The translations under genes and the position numbers were made by a program. A stretch of 63,416 bases of DNA, filler included, from Reticulomyxa filosa (taxonomy: Eukaryota; Protista; Foraminifera), in assembly GCA_000512085.1 (NCBI GenBank). It is 17 parts of 17 records of this genome, joined end to end, with 100 filler letters (N's around TTAATTAATTAA, not from the genome) between each part and the next. Parts side by side here need not be neighbours in the genome. Positions count along the whole stretch, not along the records: positions 47,595 to 60,219 come from ASPP01019696.1; positions 60,320 to 61,915 come from ASPP01018842.1; positions 62,016 to 63,416 come from ASPP01033762.1; 14 more parts are not named here. The stretch is one strand, 5' to 3'. Positions 50,249-63,416 of the stretch are shown piece by piece. The first letter of the stretch is position 1. The number at the start of each line of letters is the position of its first letter. The notes beneath the pieces were generated by a model that searched no databases, had not been told where the DNA came from, and saw only the letters and a list, made by a program, of their open reading frames with translations.

Positions 50249-51596
50249 TTAATATTTGCTTGTTGTAGTATGTTTCAAGTCGCTTTGTAAAACCTGGATG
50301 ACTGTCTTGCCCAGGTTTGCTCCGGTGAAGAGTCCTTCGAATGCAACAGGGATCTTGTCAAATCCTCGATGAAGAGTCTCTTGTGTTTTAATTTGTCCTT
50401 TCGACATCCATTCTTTCATATCCCGATAAAAGGATACCCAATCGTTGCAACTGTAGACTACAAATCCTTCAACTCGAATCTTTTTGTAAATCAATTTGAA
50501 GAGAAAGTCGTTAATTTTTTGGACTGAGTCGGTGTTAATACCGGTACCTGTAAATCCAATTTTGCCATAACTGGCAATTTGTCCACAAATGACAACTCGA
50601 GCATTTTCATTTAGCAAATCCCACACGCACTCTGTGATCAAACCACCAGTGTTATCAAAATACACATCAATGCCCTTTGGAAACAATTTGCTCAATTCCG
50701 CTTTCAATGCTTTGCTATCATTGCCAAATTTTTTATAATCCAACGCCTTGTCAAATTTTAAATCGTTCACCAACCACTTGGCTTTTTCTGCTCCACCAGC
50801 ACTTCCTACTACATACGTATTCTTACGCTTCAATTTCGCGATTTGCCCAACCATTGACCCCGTTGCTACCTTTTTTTGTTATGTAATAAAAAACACACAC
50901 AATCACTACTTTTTATTAATTAATTTTTTGACTACTCATTCTTTTTTTTTTTATTTATAATTTTTTTGCTACTTTAAATATTTTTTTGCTACTCATTTTT
51001 CAGGAATATTCCATAAAAAAATGTTTGCATGTAATTTAACCAGCAGCGCCCGATACGAACAAATTTTCACCATCCTTGAAGGCACCAGTTGTGAGCAAGC
51101 CATAATACGCTGTTTGTCCTGTCAATCCCAATGCACCCAGATACTCGGAGGGGGAAAACTTGTCATAAGGGGGACTTTCTTTCGGAATCGGCATCAATGA
51201 TCCTCCTTTAACTAATCGATCCAATTCTGTCTTGGTTGACACATGCACTGTTGTCCAAGGGAACTCACGAAATAAATATCTCTGTCCATTCGGGTACTCC
51301 TTGCTTCGTGATGCCAACACTTCGGTAACAGCAATGGAAAATGGAATTTGCTTCCAAAGAGTGAAAAAATAACGAATTAAATAAGGATCCACGCTGAAGT
51401 ATAATGGGGTAAAAAGTACTTCGTCTGGTTGCAGATTGTTGCATTTTTTCAATACGCTCGATGGGATTGGGGCGACAGAAAACATGTTCGCAGTCGGCGA
51501 GGCTGCTTGCTTAGGACGACTTGCTATTACTATTTGCCTTCCTTCATCAATACGAATTGGTGGGCGAGGTAAAATTTGTGATTGATTTGACGCCAT
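50249..51596 (-). CDS. NADP-dependent alkenal/double-bond reductase (PTGR1/CurA-like, MDR family)
   Basis: SVDPY, LGALGLTGQTAYYGL, VSGAAG | ATGSMVGQIAK, GIDVYFDNTGG, CGQIA and GANLGK over two exons. Confidence 0.92.
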
Positions 51597-52106
51597 TGCT
51601 AAAAAAAGAGAGTAATGGAATGTTGATTTGTTCCAAAATAATCTTTTTAGACTGGTAGTCAACCAAAAAACTTAAGCAGACTAGGTCCTGAGTTACTACT
51701 TTCGATCCTGTTTGTAAAACAGGATATTATCGATTGTGAAACAAAGACTTGCACTATAAAGTAAGCAAACATCTCGATAGTCACGCCGGAAATTACATTA
51801 CATCTGATGTTTCTGGTTGCACTTTAAAGATCATTGCGAAGTGTTTTGGATATTTTGTATTCTTTCGAATAAACTTTTTTTGGTAGCAGAAATTATTTGT
51901 TGAATTTAGCTGATATTTCGAGGGAATTACTTAATTGTATAAATTTGCCTAGCTCAGTAAGAGGAAAGATTTACAAATATATTTATAATAAATGCTCCTA
52001 CAGTGATCTAAGTGGCTTGTTTTATGCAAATCATTTGGAAACGACAGGCTACCAACTTTGTTAAAAAGGCCCTACCACTCAATAGTGGATTTAACGACCA
52101 TTTTCT

Positions 52107-55100
52107 ATGTCTTTCCATCATCGTTCCCAATTTGGTGGGAAGCCAAAAACTCATAAGCAGAAAGGCAAAAGCAAGCCTTCAGGGCAAGGCAAACCCCAAG
52201 GTTTGTAATGAGAAAAGAAAGAGCAAAGCCGAACCAAATAACCATAAGGATTTGAAAAAAAAACATCACTACAAAAAAAACAAAAAAACAAAAGGGAGAC
52301 TTGTAGACGAACACGACAAACCGCATCGATCATTTCAGCACTCGAGTCAATGGCGTGATATAGGACGAGCTCAACGCCATGCAATGGCGGCAGAGCGTCG
52401 TAAACAACACACCGAAAAGCGAGTAAAACAGCAAATTCGGTATATGAGACATATCCAAGGTGGCGTTCCAAAGATAGTAGCATTAGTGCCCTTGTCGAAA
52501 TCCGCGCGCTGCGACAAGATTAAGGCTCAGATGTTGCGCTATTGCGGCGTGGATACAACTCCCAAGCAAAAGACCAATCCTACCTTTTTGACCACTGAGT
52601 TAAGAATACGATTAAACGAAAGAAAGAAAAGCAAAACAAACTTGTTATTTTTTATTTTTATTTTTATTTTTTTAAAAAAAAAACATAAAAATGTGTTGTT
52701 TTAGCATCGGTACTCGAAAAGCCAATTTCTTGCTATGGAATTGCCCGAGACATGTTTGGTCGGTGGTGGACATCACCAAAGTGGCTGATATTGTATTGTT
52801 GGTGTCGTGTCCAAGTAAAGATTTCTTTGAACAAGAAAATGGCAAGCCGCATAAAAGAAACATGGAGACTGACGACTCCCATTTGGAGACATACCAGAGC
52901 AAATTGCTTGGTTTGGATGAGGAGTCGAAATTGTTTTGTAACATAATTCGAAGTCAAGGAATCAGCAGCATAATGGGCTTGTTTCAACCACGCTACCAAC
53001 GCTTGGATGGACAAATTGAACCACAGCCCACATCCAAGAGTCGAATCCAATGCAAAGTCACCAATAACGTCGTCACCAATTTCAATCGCATGGCCTACTT
53101 TGAATTTGGAACAACTATCGAAAAACAAGGCCATTGGAGAGTCCTCCACGCTTATGACATGCCACAATTGTTCCGTTTCTTAGATACCTGTTCTTACAGT
53201 GACACTGAGTGGAGAGAAAAAAGAAATTATCTGCTTGGCGAAAACGTGGAGTTTGTTGCACATCCGAATGATGCCAAAGTTTAAAAAAAAAAAAAAAAAA
53301 GAGAGAGTGTATAATACATGCATATATAAATATATATGTGTATATGTACATATATATGTAATGATGACGTAATAACAATCAGCATGGAACATTGAAAGTG
53401 ACTGGCTTTCTTCGAGGAAAACGACCTTTAGATATCAATCTACCCATTCATATCACAGGCGTGGGAGATTTTCTAATGGAAAAAATTGAGGAGGTGCCAG
53501 TGACTGCACCCAAAAAACTTCCACTGCTCCCCTCAGAACGAAAAATTTTGAAAAAACAAGAACGGTCAAGAGCAAATAAATCTGCTCCCAATAGTCTCCC
53601 CACAACTCCTTTAAACAAATCCGTATCCGACAATGCAATGCAAGATGTCGATATGTTTGACTTTTTGGATAATAACCAAGACAAAGAAATAGACAATGTT
53701 TTGGAGGATCTCATTCCCTCGGCTGAAAACAAACAAAGCGATGACATAAATGAGACAAAAGACATAAATATGACAGAAAAGAATATCAAAAAAGAGACAA
53801 ATGATCAAGTTGCCTCCAATTTCGTGTTAGCCGAAGGTAATCGCGATACGCAAGTGTCATTACAAACTTTGCGTACATTGGATGAGTTGGCCACAGCGAT
53901 GGACCAATCGTTGATTACAGAGGAAGAGTTAAGAGAAGCTGATAACAGACGAAGAGAAATAGGTTTGTTTGCATCTTTGTAAATTCTTTTGGTTTTTAAT
54001 TTTCATTTTTGCTTTTTGCTGACAAAAAAGCTATTTTAATTTATTGTTGTTTTGGTGTGGGTCTTTTCTTTTGCAAAAAAAAAAAAAAAAAAAAAGCATC
54101 CAAAGATAAGAAAGGAAATACAACCGATCATCGTGAGGCTTGGGAAGATGTGCTGGGATGGAGTTATGGCCAAGAATCCAGCGAAGAAGAAGACAGAATG
54201 AGTAATAACTCTGTGCGAGATATCATCGCCGAAACCCAAGCGTTGAAAATTTCTGAAGAAGAGAAAAACAATCCTATTGAAGTCATGGCTCGTCAAAAAG
54301 TTATTTCTTTTTTTTGTTTGTTTGTTTTTTTTCAGCTCTTCCTTCTTACGTCTGTGTGTATTTGGGGGATGTTGTTTAGGCATTGGAGAGAAAAGAACTG
54401 CAATATAAAGATGAAGTTGACACACCATTACATCTGAAAGCAAAAGATAAGTTTGCTCAATATCGAGGACTAAAACAATTTTCACGTGTGAAATGGGACA
54501 AATTTGAATTGCTGCCTGTCGAATATTCTCGTATTCACAATATAAACGATTGGAAAATGGCGAAAAAGCAGTCCAACATTAACAACAAACAAATCGACAA
54601 AGGATTGTTTGAATATGGTGTGCAAACTGGCCGCAAGATATCTATCTATATCAAAAATGTGCCTTTTGCTGCACGTGATTTATGGTTGCACAGTTCAACA
54701 TGCCCAACTTTGGTCTGGGGGTTATTGGCGCACGAACACAAAATATCTGTTTGTCACTATTTGGTCAAAAAATGTGCCAGCTATCAGCTTCCTGTACAAG
54801 GATTGGAAACATATCTTTTTGATTGTGGTTATCGACGATGGAAAGCTCGACCAATTTTTAGTGAAAACAGCAAATTTGACAAACATTTAGTCACAAAGTT
54901 TTGTCTATTTTGAACATTTATAATCCATTTCTTTTTTTTGTTAACTGATAGATATTTTTTCTTTTGGGGGGGGGGGGGGAAATCAAAAAAAAGATTCCTT
55001 TCTGATACTGATCACACCGTCGTGTCTTTCTATGGACCGATCGCGTATCCTCCTTTGCCAGTGTTAATGTTTGAAGATCCAAAGTCGCCTATTGTGAAGG

Positions 55101-55808
55101 AGCGACGTAAGACGAAGACTTTAAAAGATGATGTGTCTGTTGTGACAGAAAACGCAAGGGATGATGTTCCTACGAGCGATGATGAGGATGAAGAAGATGA
55201 TGATGACGATGAAGCCACTAGATTACGTAAAACTGTTGAAAAAAAATGGGAAGATGAATTAGATATGTATGACACAAACAATGCTCGGGTGCAAGGAATG
55301 ATCGCCGAGGATATCAAAGAATTGAAACATTTGCGAAGGAAAGCATATATAAGAATCGCAACTGGCTGTTCTTTGTGTGCAATTGGCAATTTATTGGAAA
55401 TAAATGCACACAGGCTGCTGATTAAACGAAAGATTTTGACCGGGTTTGTACAAGACAAAATTCTTTATTTTTTTTTTGGCATCGACAAATAAAGATAAAA
55501 ATTGTTTTTTGATTTGTGTTGTTATGAATTGTATATTCGACAGAACTGCATTCCGAGTGCATCGGCGAAGAGCTGTCGTGCGGTACATGTTTTGGAATAA
55601 GGATGATGTCGAATATTTCAAACCTTTGGAATTGTGGACCAAAGGAGGAAAAACAGGAAAAATTGAAGAGCCTTTGGGTGAGAAAGGATTTATGAAATGC
55701 TTTTTCAATGATATTGTTGAGCAGAACGACACTGTGTGTCTTAGTTTATACAAAAGGGTGTTTCCAATTGCTGATCCTGCTGTATTTGGACCACCGCAAA
55801 AAAAATAA
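52107..55808 (+). CDS. TSR1: Pre-rRNA-processing protein TSR1, multi-exon
   Basis: DITKVADIV, WREKRNYL, VTGFLRG, IHITGVGDF, DEVDTP..FAQYRGLK, AVVRYMF and EPLGEKGFMKC..DTVCLSLYKRVFP. No intact P-loop, which separates it from BMS1. Confidence 0.93.
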
Positions 55809-56096
55809 GTTGCAAAAAGTAAAAACTATTAAACTTGAATTATTCTGGGAAGGTGTATTGCTTGCATTGTTTTGTAGTTCAGGAGCTTTGTTTTATTTTT
55901 TCGTTCATACACCTTGGGATGATTTTATTTCAACGATTCATTAAAAATTGAGGATTTTGTGAACACAAATCAACACTTACCTTTCCATACAGGACTGATA
56001 TAGTAAAATAATGAATTAAAGGTTAAGTAAGTACATAAAATGTTCATTGAGAAAGCATATTTTACACAAGATTTCTTATGCTACAAAAAAGTAGTT

Positions 56097-57112
56097 TTAA
56101 ATTTCAAACTCGGCCCAAAGTCCCAAATGATCTGAGACATGTCTCACGTTATCTTTATAGTCAACAACTTCCTTATGTTTAATTTTGGAAAACAATTTGC
56201 CACTGACAAACATGTGGTCCAGGCTCTCATCAGAATTATTATACCAAAAAGTTTTTTTTGCGTTAGCAAATAAATCATCGCCTAGGCCAATCTCTTTCAT
56301 ATTTTCACACAAAATGGTGTACATTCTCTCCGAGACGTGTAAATGTGAGTCCCATGTATAATTACTACAAATGTTGAAATCCCCAGCAATTAGTAAATGA
56401 TCTCTTCCCAAGTCAATATCTTTTGCTTTAATTCGAGTTAATACATATTGCTTGATCGCATTAATTTGACCAAGTTTAGCTTGACAATTAGTCGTTTCCA
56501 AGTGAGTATTAATGATATGTAAATTTGATGTTCCATTAATTTGCACTTGTGCACACAAAAACCCTCTCCAGCGGAAGTATCTTCTGTACTTTGGGCTGAA
56601 AACACGAGTATGGGATGCCGTAATTGGCAATTTACTAAATATTACCAATCCATGATTGTACAATCTTCCAAAAATCCATTCCAAAAAGTTTCCATATTCT
56701 TCACTCTTTTCATTGAATGACTGCAATGGGTCAGTATGATATGTGTATCCCAATTCTTGTAGCTCTTTTCGAAGTTTCAAAAAGTCTCCACAAAATAGTA
56801 TCATGTTAAAAAACAACAAAGCTATTGGCATTTCTTGGAGCAGTATTATATCCGGATTGTCTCTTTTTATACATTGTACCAGTAGTCTCAAACGTTTTTG
56901 CCGTTGCAGTCCACCAATTAAAAAAAACACCATACATTATAGCACAGCACTTTCAGTTGCCTTTTTCCGCTTTTGCTGGTTGTACTTTTTTCAGCCTGGC
57001 TAAAATCAACACATTGACGAAGACGAACACCGTAAATATGATTAATTATCAAAAAAATAATAAATAATATCACAAAGGATGTTAATTTATTCGGGATAAA
57101 ATTTAGAATCAT
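56097..57112 (-). CDS. EEP-family hydrolase (sphingomyelinase-like) with N-terminal signal/TM segment
   Basis: CYNVW, ILLQE, GLVIFSKLPI, NTHL, AGDFN, LDHMF and SDHLG. One frameshift in a T-run near 56925. Confidence 0.85.
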
Positions 57113-57529
57113 AATTGGAATGTAGAGCTCTGCGTAGGTTTTTTAAGAAGTAAGTCGTTCCAAGCGTAACAGTATCAAAAATTAAATTTTGTTTGCAGTC
57201 GTAGGATATCTTATCTTTTTCTTTTGTCAGAAAATTATTTGAAATAAATAAATATTTGTAAAAGTAATTGATTTGTCAAATATACTTAACAATTCCAACA
57301 CAGAAAAATTACAGTTGTAAAAATTAGGTTTAGTAAAAAATATTTTGATTTATTTTGCATTTAATTGAAACCAGAATAAAAATATTTAGGTAGTATTTGG
57401 ATGTGTTTGAATTGGATAATTTGGTTCGTTAATGTTACTAGTTTGTTTTTTTATTTCATTTTGTGGGAAAAAAATATGACGAGAGGACAGCGCCATTGCC
57501 TCTAAATTCAATGCCGCTGTATTTATTTA

Positions 57530-58583
57530 TATTGTTACTTTGTTGATTTTAGTATTTTTTGCAGAGAGTAGGGATTAATAGAAAAAAAACATACAAACGC
57601 CACGCATGAATGCTTTTTTCATGTTTTCTTCAACCAATTTCTGTTGAGTTTCCATTTGATATACTTTATGTTGTGCACAACGTAGCTCTTCTCTCATCTG
57701 TTTAAGACAATTTTCATATTCGCCAATAATTTTTGATGATAAAGTTTCCAGTCGTTGATTCCATAGTTGATCGTTGTGTGCTTTATATCGTTGGAAATAA
57801 ACTTTTTTCCAATGAAAAAAAAGCCGATGTAATTTGTTTTTTTGTTGATTTGGAACGATTACATCTTGACAGTACTATAAAAATAAACACACTTAAAGAT
57901 GCAATTTTTCAATATCACATAACCTAAGAATATTTTAAACATATACAGCGCACCTTTTTCATAAAATTTTTTTTTTGTGAGTTGATTTTCCACAACATAA
58001 ACGAACGCGTTAAACATTTTACGGATTTTAATTTTGCATTAGATTGCACATAATTTGTTGTCACTTTATGATATTTTATAGTTAATTCGTTGAAAACTAC
58101 ATTCTTTTCGGCATTTTCTTTTTCGTGGATGGCCAGCTCTTTATTTCTTTTTGTGGCCAACAAGCAAATTGTATAATTGCTAACTTGTGAAAGGGAACGC
58201 AAAAGAGCAAAATAGAGATTACAACTTGTGTTCTAATGTTTGCTGAAATTGTTGTGCTTGTGTATGAATGGCGTTATCTGTTTCATGGAGCAAACGTTCT
58301 CGTGAGCTCATGAAATGATCTTTGATGGACTTTGTAAAAGACTGTAACGTTGTGTTCAACAGTTCCATATCAACGTCTGAAATTTTGACAAAATGATTTG
58401 TCACTGGGAATTCGCACGAAATCTTTCTATTTTCTTCTTGTTGAATCGGGTGTTTTTTTTCGTTATTGCAGTTCATATCGTTTTGCTGCGTATCACACAT
58501 TTTTAAATTGTTAGCTTTCGTAATGCTTATAACAATGTAAACAAACTTACCATATCGTGAAATGAAGTACAGCTTTGCTCCAT
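57530..58583 (-). CDS. Hypothetical coiled-coil protein, multi-exon
   Basis: Successive minus-strand helical ORFs (58219-58500, 57924-58180, about 57570-57870) separated by intron-like gaps. Confidence 0.45.
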
Positions 58584-58967
58584 ATTTTAATTATTCGTAA
58601 AAAAAATTATTGCATAAAACGAATAATATTTTTGTGAACTTGAGTAACATATGACGTCGAATGAAGGATTAAAATTTTGTGTCCATTTCATTCAGTTTTG
58701 AAATTATGCCAATAATTCTTTGGAAACAAGTTTAAAATGTTTGAAATATATATAACTGATCATTTAAATAATTATTTTCTAATTTTTATTATAACATTAT
58801 TAATTTGCATAAAATAACATTTTTTTCTATGCTACTAAGTGGCCTCGTCATAGGCAAAAATGATGAGCAAAAATTAAAACCTTAAATTTATAAAGGACGC
58901 AAACAAAATAAAGTAAGACAAACAATGACAAAAAAAAAACAATTTTAACGTAGAGAGCAGAATTTTA

Positions 58968-60219
58968 CTAATTTTTGAGTGGGAAAAATTGGTGTTGCTC
59001 AGTCAATTTTGATATGGTCTTGTCAGAAAAACTCAAGCCATATCTTAAGAACCACACAACCAATTTTTGAACCACTAGAAAATCGGATGCCATCAAAGAA
59101 GTTGAAAATTCTTCAAATGACAGCTGCTTTTTGTGTGAAGAGAAGAGGATTCGCAATAACTCTTGTATTTCAACACTTGGAAGACTTTTCATATCAATAT
59201 TTTTGTTTCCATTTTTATTGCTCTTGCTTTTTCCTTTTTTTTTTTTTTATGACACAAACAACAAATCTCAAGAGGTCATACATGTTTGCAAGGATGTAAA
59301 ACGAGTTTTCCAAGGGAGAGAGGAAAAGAGAAAAGTGGACCAGATTTTAAAATCGAGTCCATTCATTGATTAAAACAACACAACGTATTACTTAACGTCC
59401 ATAAGTGTCACACAACCACGAAACAAACTGTTTGAGTGGTTCTTTGCGGACGATGTGATCATTATTAAAATCACAGAGATGGAATAACAAAGAAGTGATA
59501 TAAATTTTGTTTTTCGTGGATAAAATTGCGCCAAGGAAGGCAATAAACTGTAGCATTGCTGGAAAGTTTCATGCACATTGTGCAAATCACAAAGCACACA
59601 TTGCATTGTATTGTATGTGTACGTTTCAACATAACAAAGTTGGAGGAACAAAACTCCAATAATTGCGATCATCCCAAGCCACAAACGAAAATACTTTATT
59701 TGCCAATGTCCTGACAATACAATTGCAATGTTTGTCGTTCAGAGATAACATCTGAGCGTACTCATAAGAAGACAAGACGCCGTCTTTGTCTTTGTCCAAT
59801 CGAGCAAACTCTTGGCAGACTGGCAATACACACGATTGACGCAGCCCTGTTTCGTCCGACACTTGACCGCAGATAATATTATCCGCATTATATTTTGGAT
59901 GTTCATCCGCCCAAGCTAATGTTTTTATTATTATTAATGCATCCCAACATTTTTCGCTGTGTCACAAAAGAAAAAGAAACGAACCAACTAAAAAATGATC
60001 GGCGGCCGTATGTGGTGTCGTGACGTATTGTTTGTGATTTGCCATATACGTTTGGACGCGTTTGCAATACAATTTGGGATTTCCTTTTTCTTCGTTGGAC
60101 GGTACGTATAACGGCAGAATTTCAATTTCCAAATAATTCACCAATTGGCAGCAGGAGCCATACATCAATCCAATCATCGACGCTTGTACGTAGTCGAGGG
60201 AATAGTTTACATTGCCACC
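58968..60219 (-). CDS. Lysophospholipid acyltransferase (LPCAT1/2-like) C-terminal part with EF-hand, 5'-truncated
   Basis: CQLVNYLEIEILPLYVPSNEEKGNPKLYCKRVQTYMA matches the LPCAT post-catalytic segment; EF-hand DKDKDGVLSSYE. Confidence 0.85.
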
Positions 60220-60854
60220 NNNNNNNNNNNNNNNNNNNNNNNNNNNNNNNNNNNNNNNNNNNNTTAATTAATTAANNNNNNNNNNNNNNNNNNNNNNNNN
60301 NNNNNNNNNNNNNNNNNNNTAAGATATGTTTTAGGTGTTCAGTTTTCTTTGCAACATACTGTAAATCATTTTTTAAAATAAAATTTGTTATAATAAACTA
60401 TATTTATCTCTTTTTTTTATCTTTAAGTACTTTAGAAAATGTTGATTTTGATTTATCATTGAAACCCACAAATGTGGAGAAAATTAGATCATATTTGTGA
60501 TTTTAAATAATCAAATTTTGCTGAAATGAAAATATTTAAATTTAAGAGAGGAAAACACAACATTAATTATATCATTAATAAAATAAAAATATTACAAAAA
60601 ACATGAAACAACATTAAATGTAAAATCATGAGTAAATCGTTTATCAGCAATAACAAGTGCAAGAGAAAGATAAAACTATATAATAATGTGCATTATAAAA
60701 TCTATTCAAAAAAATGTTTTTATGAAGAAAAAAGGTTGTTACTCTTATCAGCCAAATAATTTATAAAATTAGATTAAAAATAAATTTTTGAGTAGTTTTA
60801 AAATTAAGTTGTTGGCCTTTGTGGCTATCAAATTCTTCAGTCAATGAAATAATA

Positions 60855-61220
60855 TCATTTTCCTGAAGATATATCCCATATTTGAATAGTTTTATCATCT
60901 GAATATGAAATAATTTTAGAACTATCTGGTGAAAATTTAATTCCTTTTATATTATTATCAGAATGTCCTTCTAATTCTCGGATTTGTTTTCCAGTCAATA
61001 CATTCCATAATTGAATTTTTTTTAGTATTTGAATGAGATGCAATTTTATTACCATCTGAAGAAAATTGTGCATCAATTACTTTACTAACATGTCCTTGTA
61101 ATGATTGAATTTGTTTTCCTGATAATATATCCCATATTCTAATTATTACATCATCTGAACATGATATAATTTCAGAACCATCAAGAGAAAATTCTAAATG
61201 TGTTATAATATCTATATATT
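60855..61220 (-). pseudogene. WD40-repeat fragment
   Basis: Three GH...FS.DG..I.S.S.D..I.IWD blades with a frameshift near 61020. Confidence 0.75.
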
Positions 61221-61498
61221 TTTCTATTAAATGAATTTCTTTTTTAAAATATATAAACATATTGACAATGAATATCTTTTGTGAGTCTACACATGCTAAG
61301 CATGGTCTTACAAGTGCTAAATATAAAAAAAGTGTAAAAGTTTTGACAGCTGCCAAATATTGTATCTGTCAAAAACGTATTGAAACTAGAAATGTTTGTC
61401 AGTAGAGTGCACTCCTAAAAGGTTTTTTATTTTTTTTAAATGTTTTTTTTTTTCTAAAAAAAAAAAAAAAATAGTCCCGTCGAACAAAAGAAGACGCG

Positions 61499-61891
61499 TT
61501 GCATCTTCTGATTGTGTTAAATCAGCGTTTAAAAGAATGTCACAACAAAGTAAGTTTTTTAAAGCCGAATAATGTGGGCGACAGTTCTCCGGGCGTGTTA
61601 TCACCAAGTGTGTCTCCGCGGTTTGGAGACATGAGCAAGGGTAGAGAAAGCAAAGAAAAAGTGGGACTGAGCAACGGAAGTAAGAAGAGTAATGGGAATG
61701 TATTACTAATGGACTCATTTACAACTGAGGTTGCAAGTGAAGAGAAAGGTCCAGACCTTTTTGTAACAGAAGACAGTCCACGAGCGCGCCAATACGGCGA
61801 TAAAATTGAGTCTTGCATTACACATTCTCCGTCTTGGAAGAAGCCAAAAACACCCAGAAAAAACCACTCTACCAAACGTTACAACCCGTAG
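61499..61891 (+). CDS. Exon of a Ser/Pro-rich hypothetical protein
   Basis: 130-aa ORF with higher GC and multiple SP/TP sites; no recognisable domain. Confidence 0.35.
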   Translation: MHLLIVLNQRLKECHNKVSFLKPNNVGDSSPGVLSPSVSPRFGDMSKGRESKEKVGLSNGSKKSNGNVLLMDSFTTEVASEEKGPDLFVTEDSPRARQYGDKIESCITHSPSWKKPKTPRKNHSTKRYNP

Positions 61892-62015
61892 TCTATTTTT
61901 TTTTTTTTTTTTTTTNNNNNNNNNNNNNNNNNNNNNNNNNNNNNNNNNNNNNNNNNNNNTTAATTAATTAANNNNNNNNNNNNNNNNNNNNNNNNNNNNN
62001 NNNNNNNNNNNNNNN

Positions 62016-62900
62016 ACACACGGAATCCCAATGCCAACGACGGAGCATTCAATAGACAAACCAAAATAGGCAGGGAACTTGTTCACTCGACGACAGTCAG
62101 TGTTGCAAGTGCTGTCGTCCAAATTGGACGCAGAGTCATTGTTCAAAGAAGAATAAGAAAGATGATGAAGAGAGGAAGGATCTCACGTTTTGTTGCATTG
62201 GGGAGAAGAAGGTATTAATCAGCAAACTGGTAAGTAAATTCTTATTGTGACATTGATCGGAAGTAGCAGCAACTTCATCAACGAAGACTTGAAGCAAAAC
62301 TTGGGCAAATATCAAAAACCATTGCAACATGAATTGCTGAAACACCTAATGGTCGATGATTATGTGAGATTGATGTGAGGACGGATTGGTAAGATAAAGT
62401 ATATTGGCCCTGTGAGCGACGAGTCCTGAAATAATTGGTATTGAAATGGACTCATGATCTTTTTACTGCCACTGACGGTCGCAGGTATTTTGCAAAGCTC
62501 TCTGAAATTGTCGAAATCATTAAGAATATAGCAATCTGCTTGAAGCAATCACAAATTGAACTACAGCAACGTGAACAAATCATCAGTCTGCGAAAACGTC
62601 TTCGAGAAAAAGTTGCATCGTCATTCTCGACACGTGGCAAGATTGTGTTTGTGAGAGGGGGTTCGGTCAGCTTTGAAACGGAAAATATTTGAACCATATT
62701 TTGAAGCAAAGATCTATAGTCTTTCAAGAGCAAGATTATGCGACACAAAGGAAAAGTGATATTTATTGGCAAAGTCAAGTTTTCGCTCCAAGAAATGGCA
62801 ATGGACACAACAGTAACCTGAAGGATATGGCTAGCTTGTCCCTGTCCACAAAGTCACGGGAAAAGATTTCGGAGGAGCCCTGAAATCTAAAAATAAAATT
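62016..62900 (+). pseudogene. Degenerate CAP-Gly-like repeat protein (paralog of 330-1191)
   Basis: NPNANDG, GRIGKIKYIGPV, PEIIGIEMDS and DLFTATDGRRYF, with many stops and frameshifts. Confidence 0.55.
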
Positions 62901-63416
62901 GACATCAAAAGCAAAGGAGGAATGCGCGACTTGGTCCCGAAAACAAATATATATATATATATCATATGGCCCCAAGAAGAAAAGAAATCGGTTTCAAGAC
63001 AGGATTTTCTTAACGAAAATAAAATTGGTTGGGTCCTCATTCACCCCTTGATAGTCGATCATCATCGCAGCGCATGTGTTAAAGCCTTTGAAAAAGTCAA
63101 TGAGCTGCTCCATCAATTGTGACACAAAAGCATTTGCAATCCAAGTATTTGAGATTATGCCTTTATTGCTTGATGCCTACATTTGAATGTGATCTGATCA
63201 TGATACAGATTAATACAATATTTGCATCTCGTTCAAAATATCTTGTCCTTTCTGTCATACGTTATTCTTTTTATTATCACTCCTACATGACAGCAAGGAG
63301 ATACTATTCGATGTCTTTTTTGCCAGGAATAGTGGCAAGAATCAATCCCTAATTTCGTACCGTCTTATGCGTGGCTCTTTTGAGCATTTCTTGTTTTTTT
63401 TCTTGCAAAATCAGTC

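Noticed and set aside
1192-62015. Regular TTAATTAATTAA repeats as a CRISPR-like array or biological repeat
   Set aside because: Always centred in exactly 100 nt of N padding, so these are concatenation linkers.
1-63416. tRNA, rRNA or CRISPR features
   Set aside because: No cloverleaf, rRNA signature or repeat-spacer array was recognised by eye.

Overview
AT-rich eukaryotic genomic DNA with spliceosomal GT-AG introns and the standard genetic code. It is not one locus: 17 unrelated contigs are joined by 16 artificial 100-nt linkers (N44-TTAATTAATTAA-N44), so adjacency across linkers is meaningless. The expanded kelch/WD40/ART families, the 'IIQHWIR..IKLGWI' module and A/T-homopolymer introns suggest the foraminiferan Reticulomyxa filosa or a relative (inference from recalled family signatures, not a search). 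Well-supported genes are an intron-containing hybrid-cluster protein (Hcp), TBP, TSR1, NEMF/Rqc2, a PTGR1-like reductase, LPCAT, two Ser/Thr kinases, an alpha-kinase, two aldo-keto reductases and two EEP-family hydrolases. A HYLS1-like gene, pseudogenes and LINE debris are also present. Many single-base frameshifts sit in homopolymers and may be sequencing errors. The best candidates for undescribed biology are (1) an ankyrin-flanked RelA/SpoT-like nucleotidyltransferase, (2) a CUE-CUE-PUB-ART multidomain ADP-ribosyltransferase, (3) two divergent copies of a structured non-coding element, and (4) a recurrent ~33-aa module attached to beta-propeller proteins. All domain calls were made by eye from motifs.
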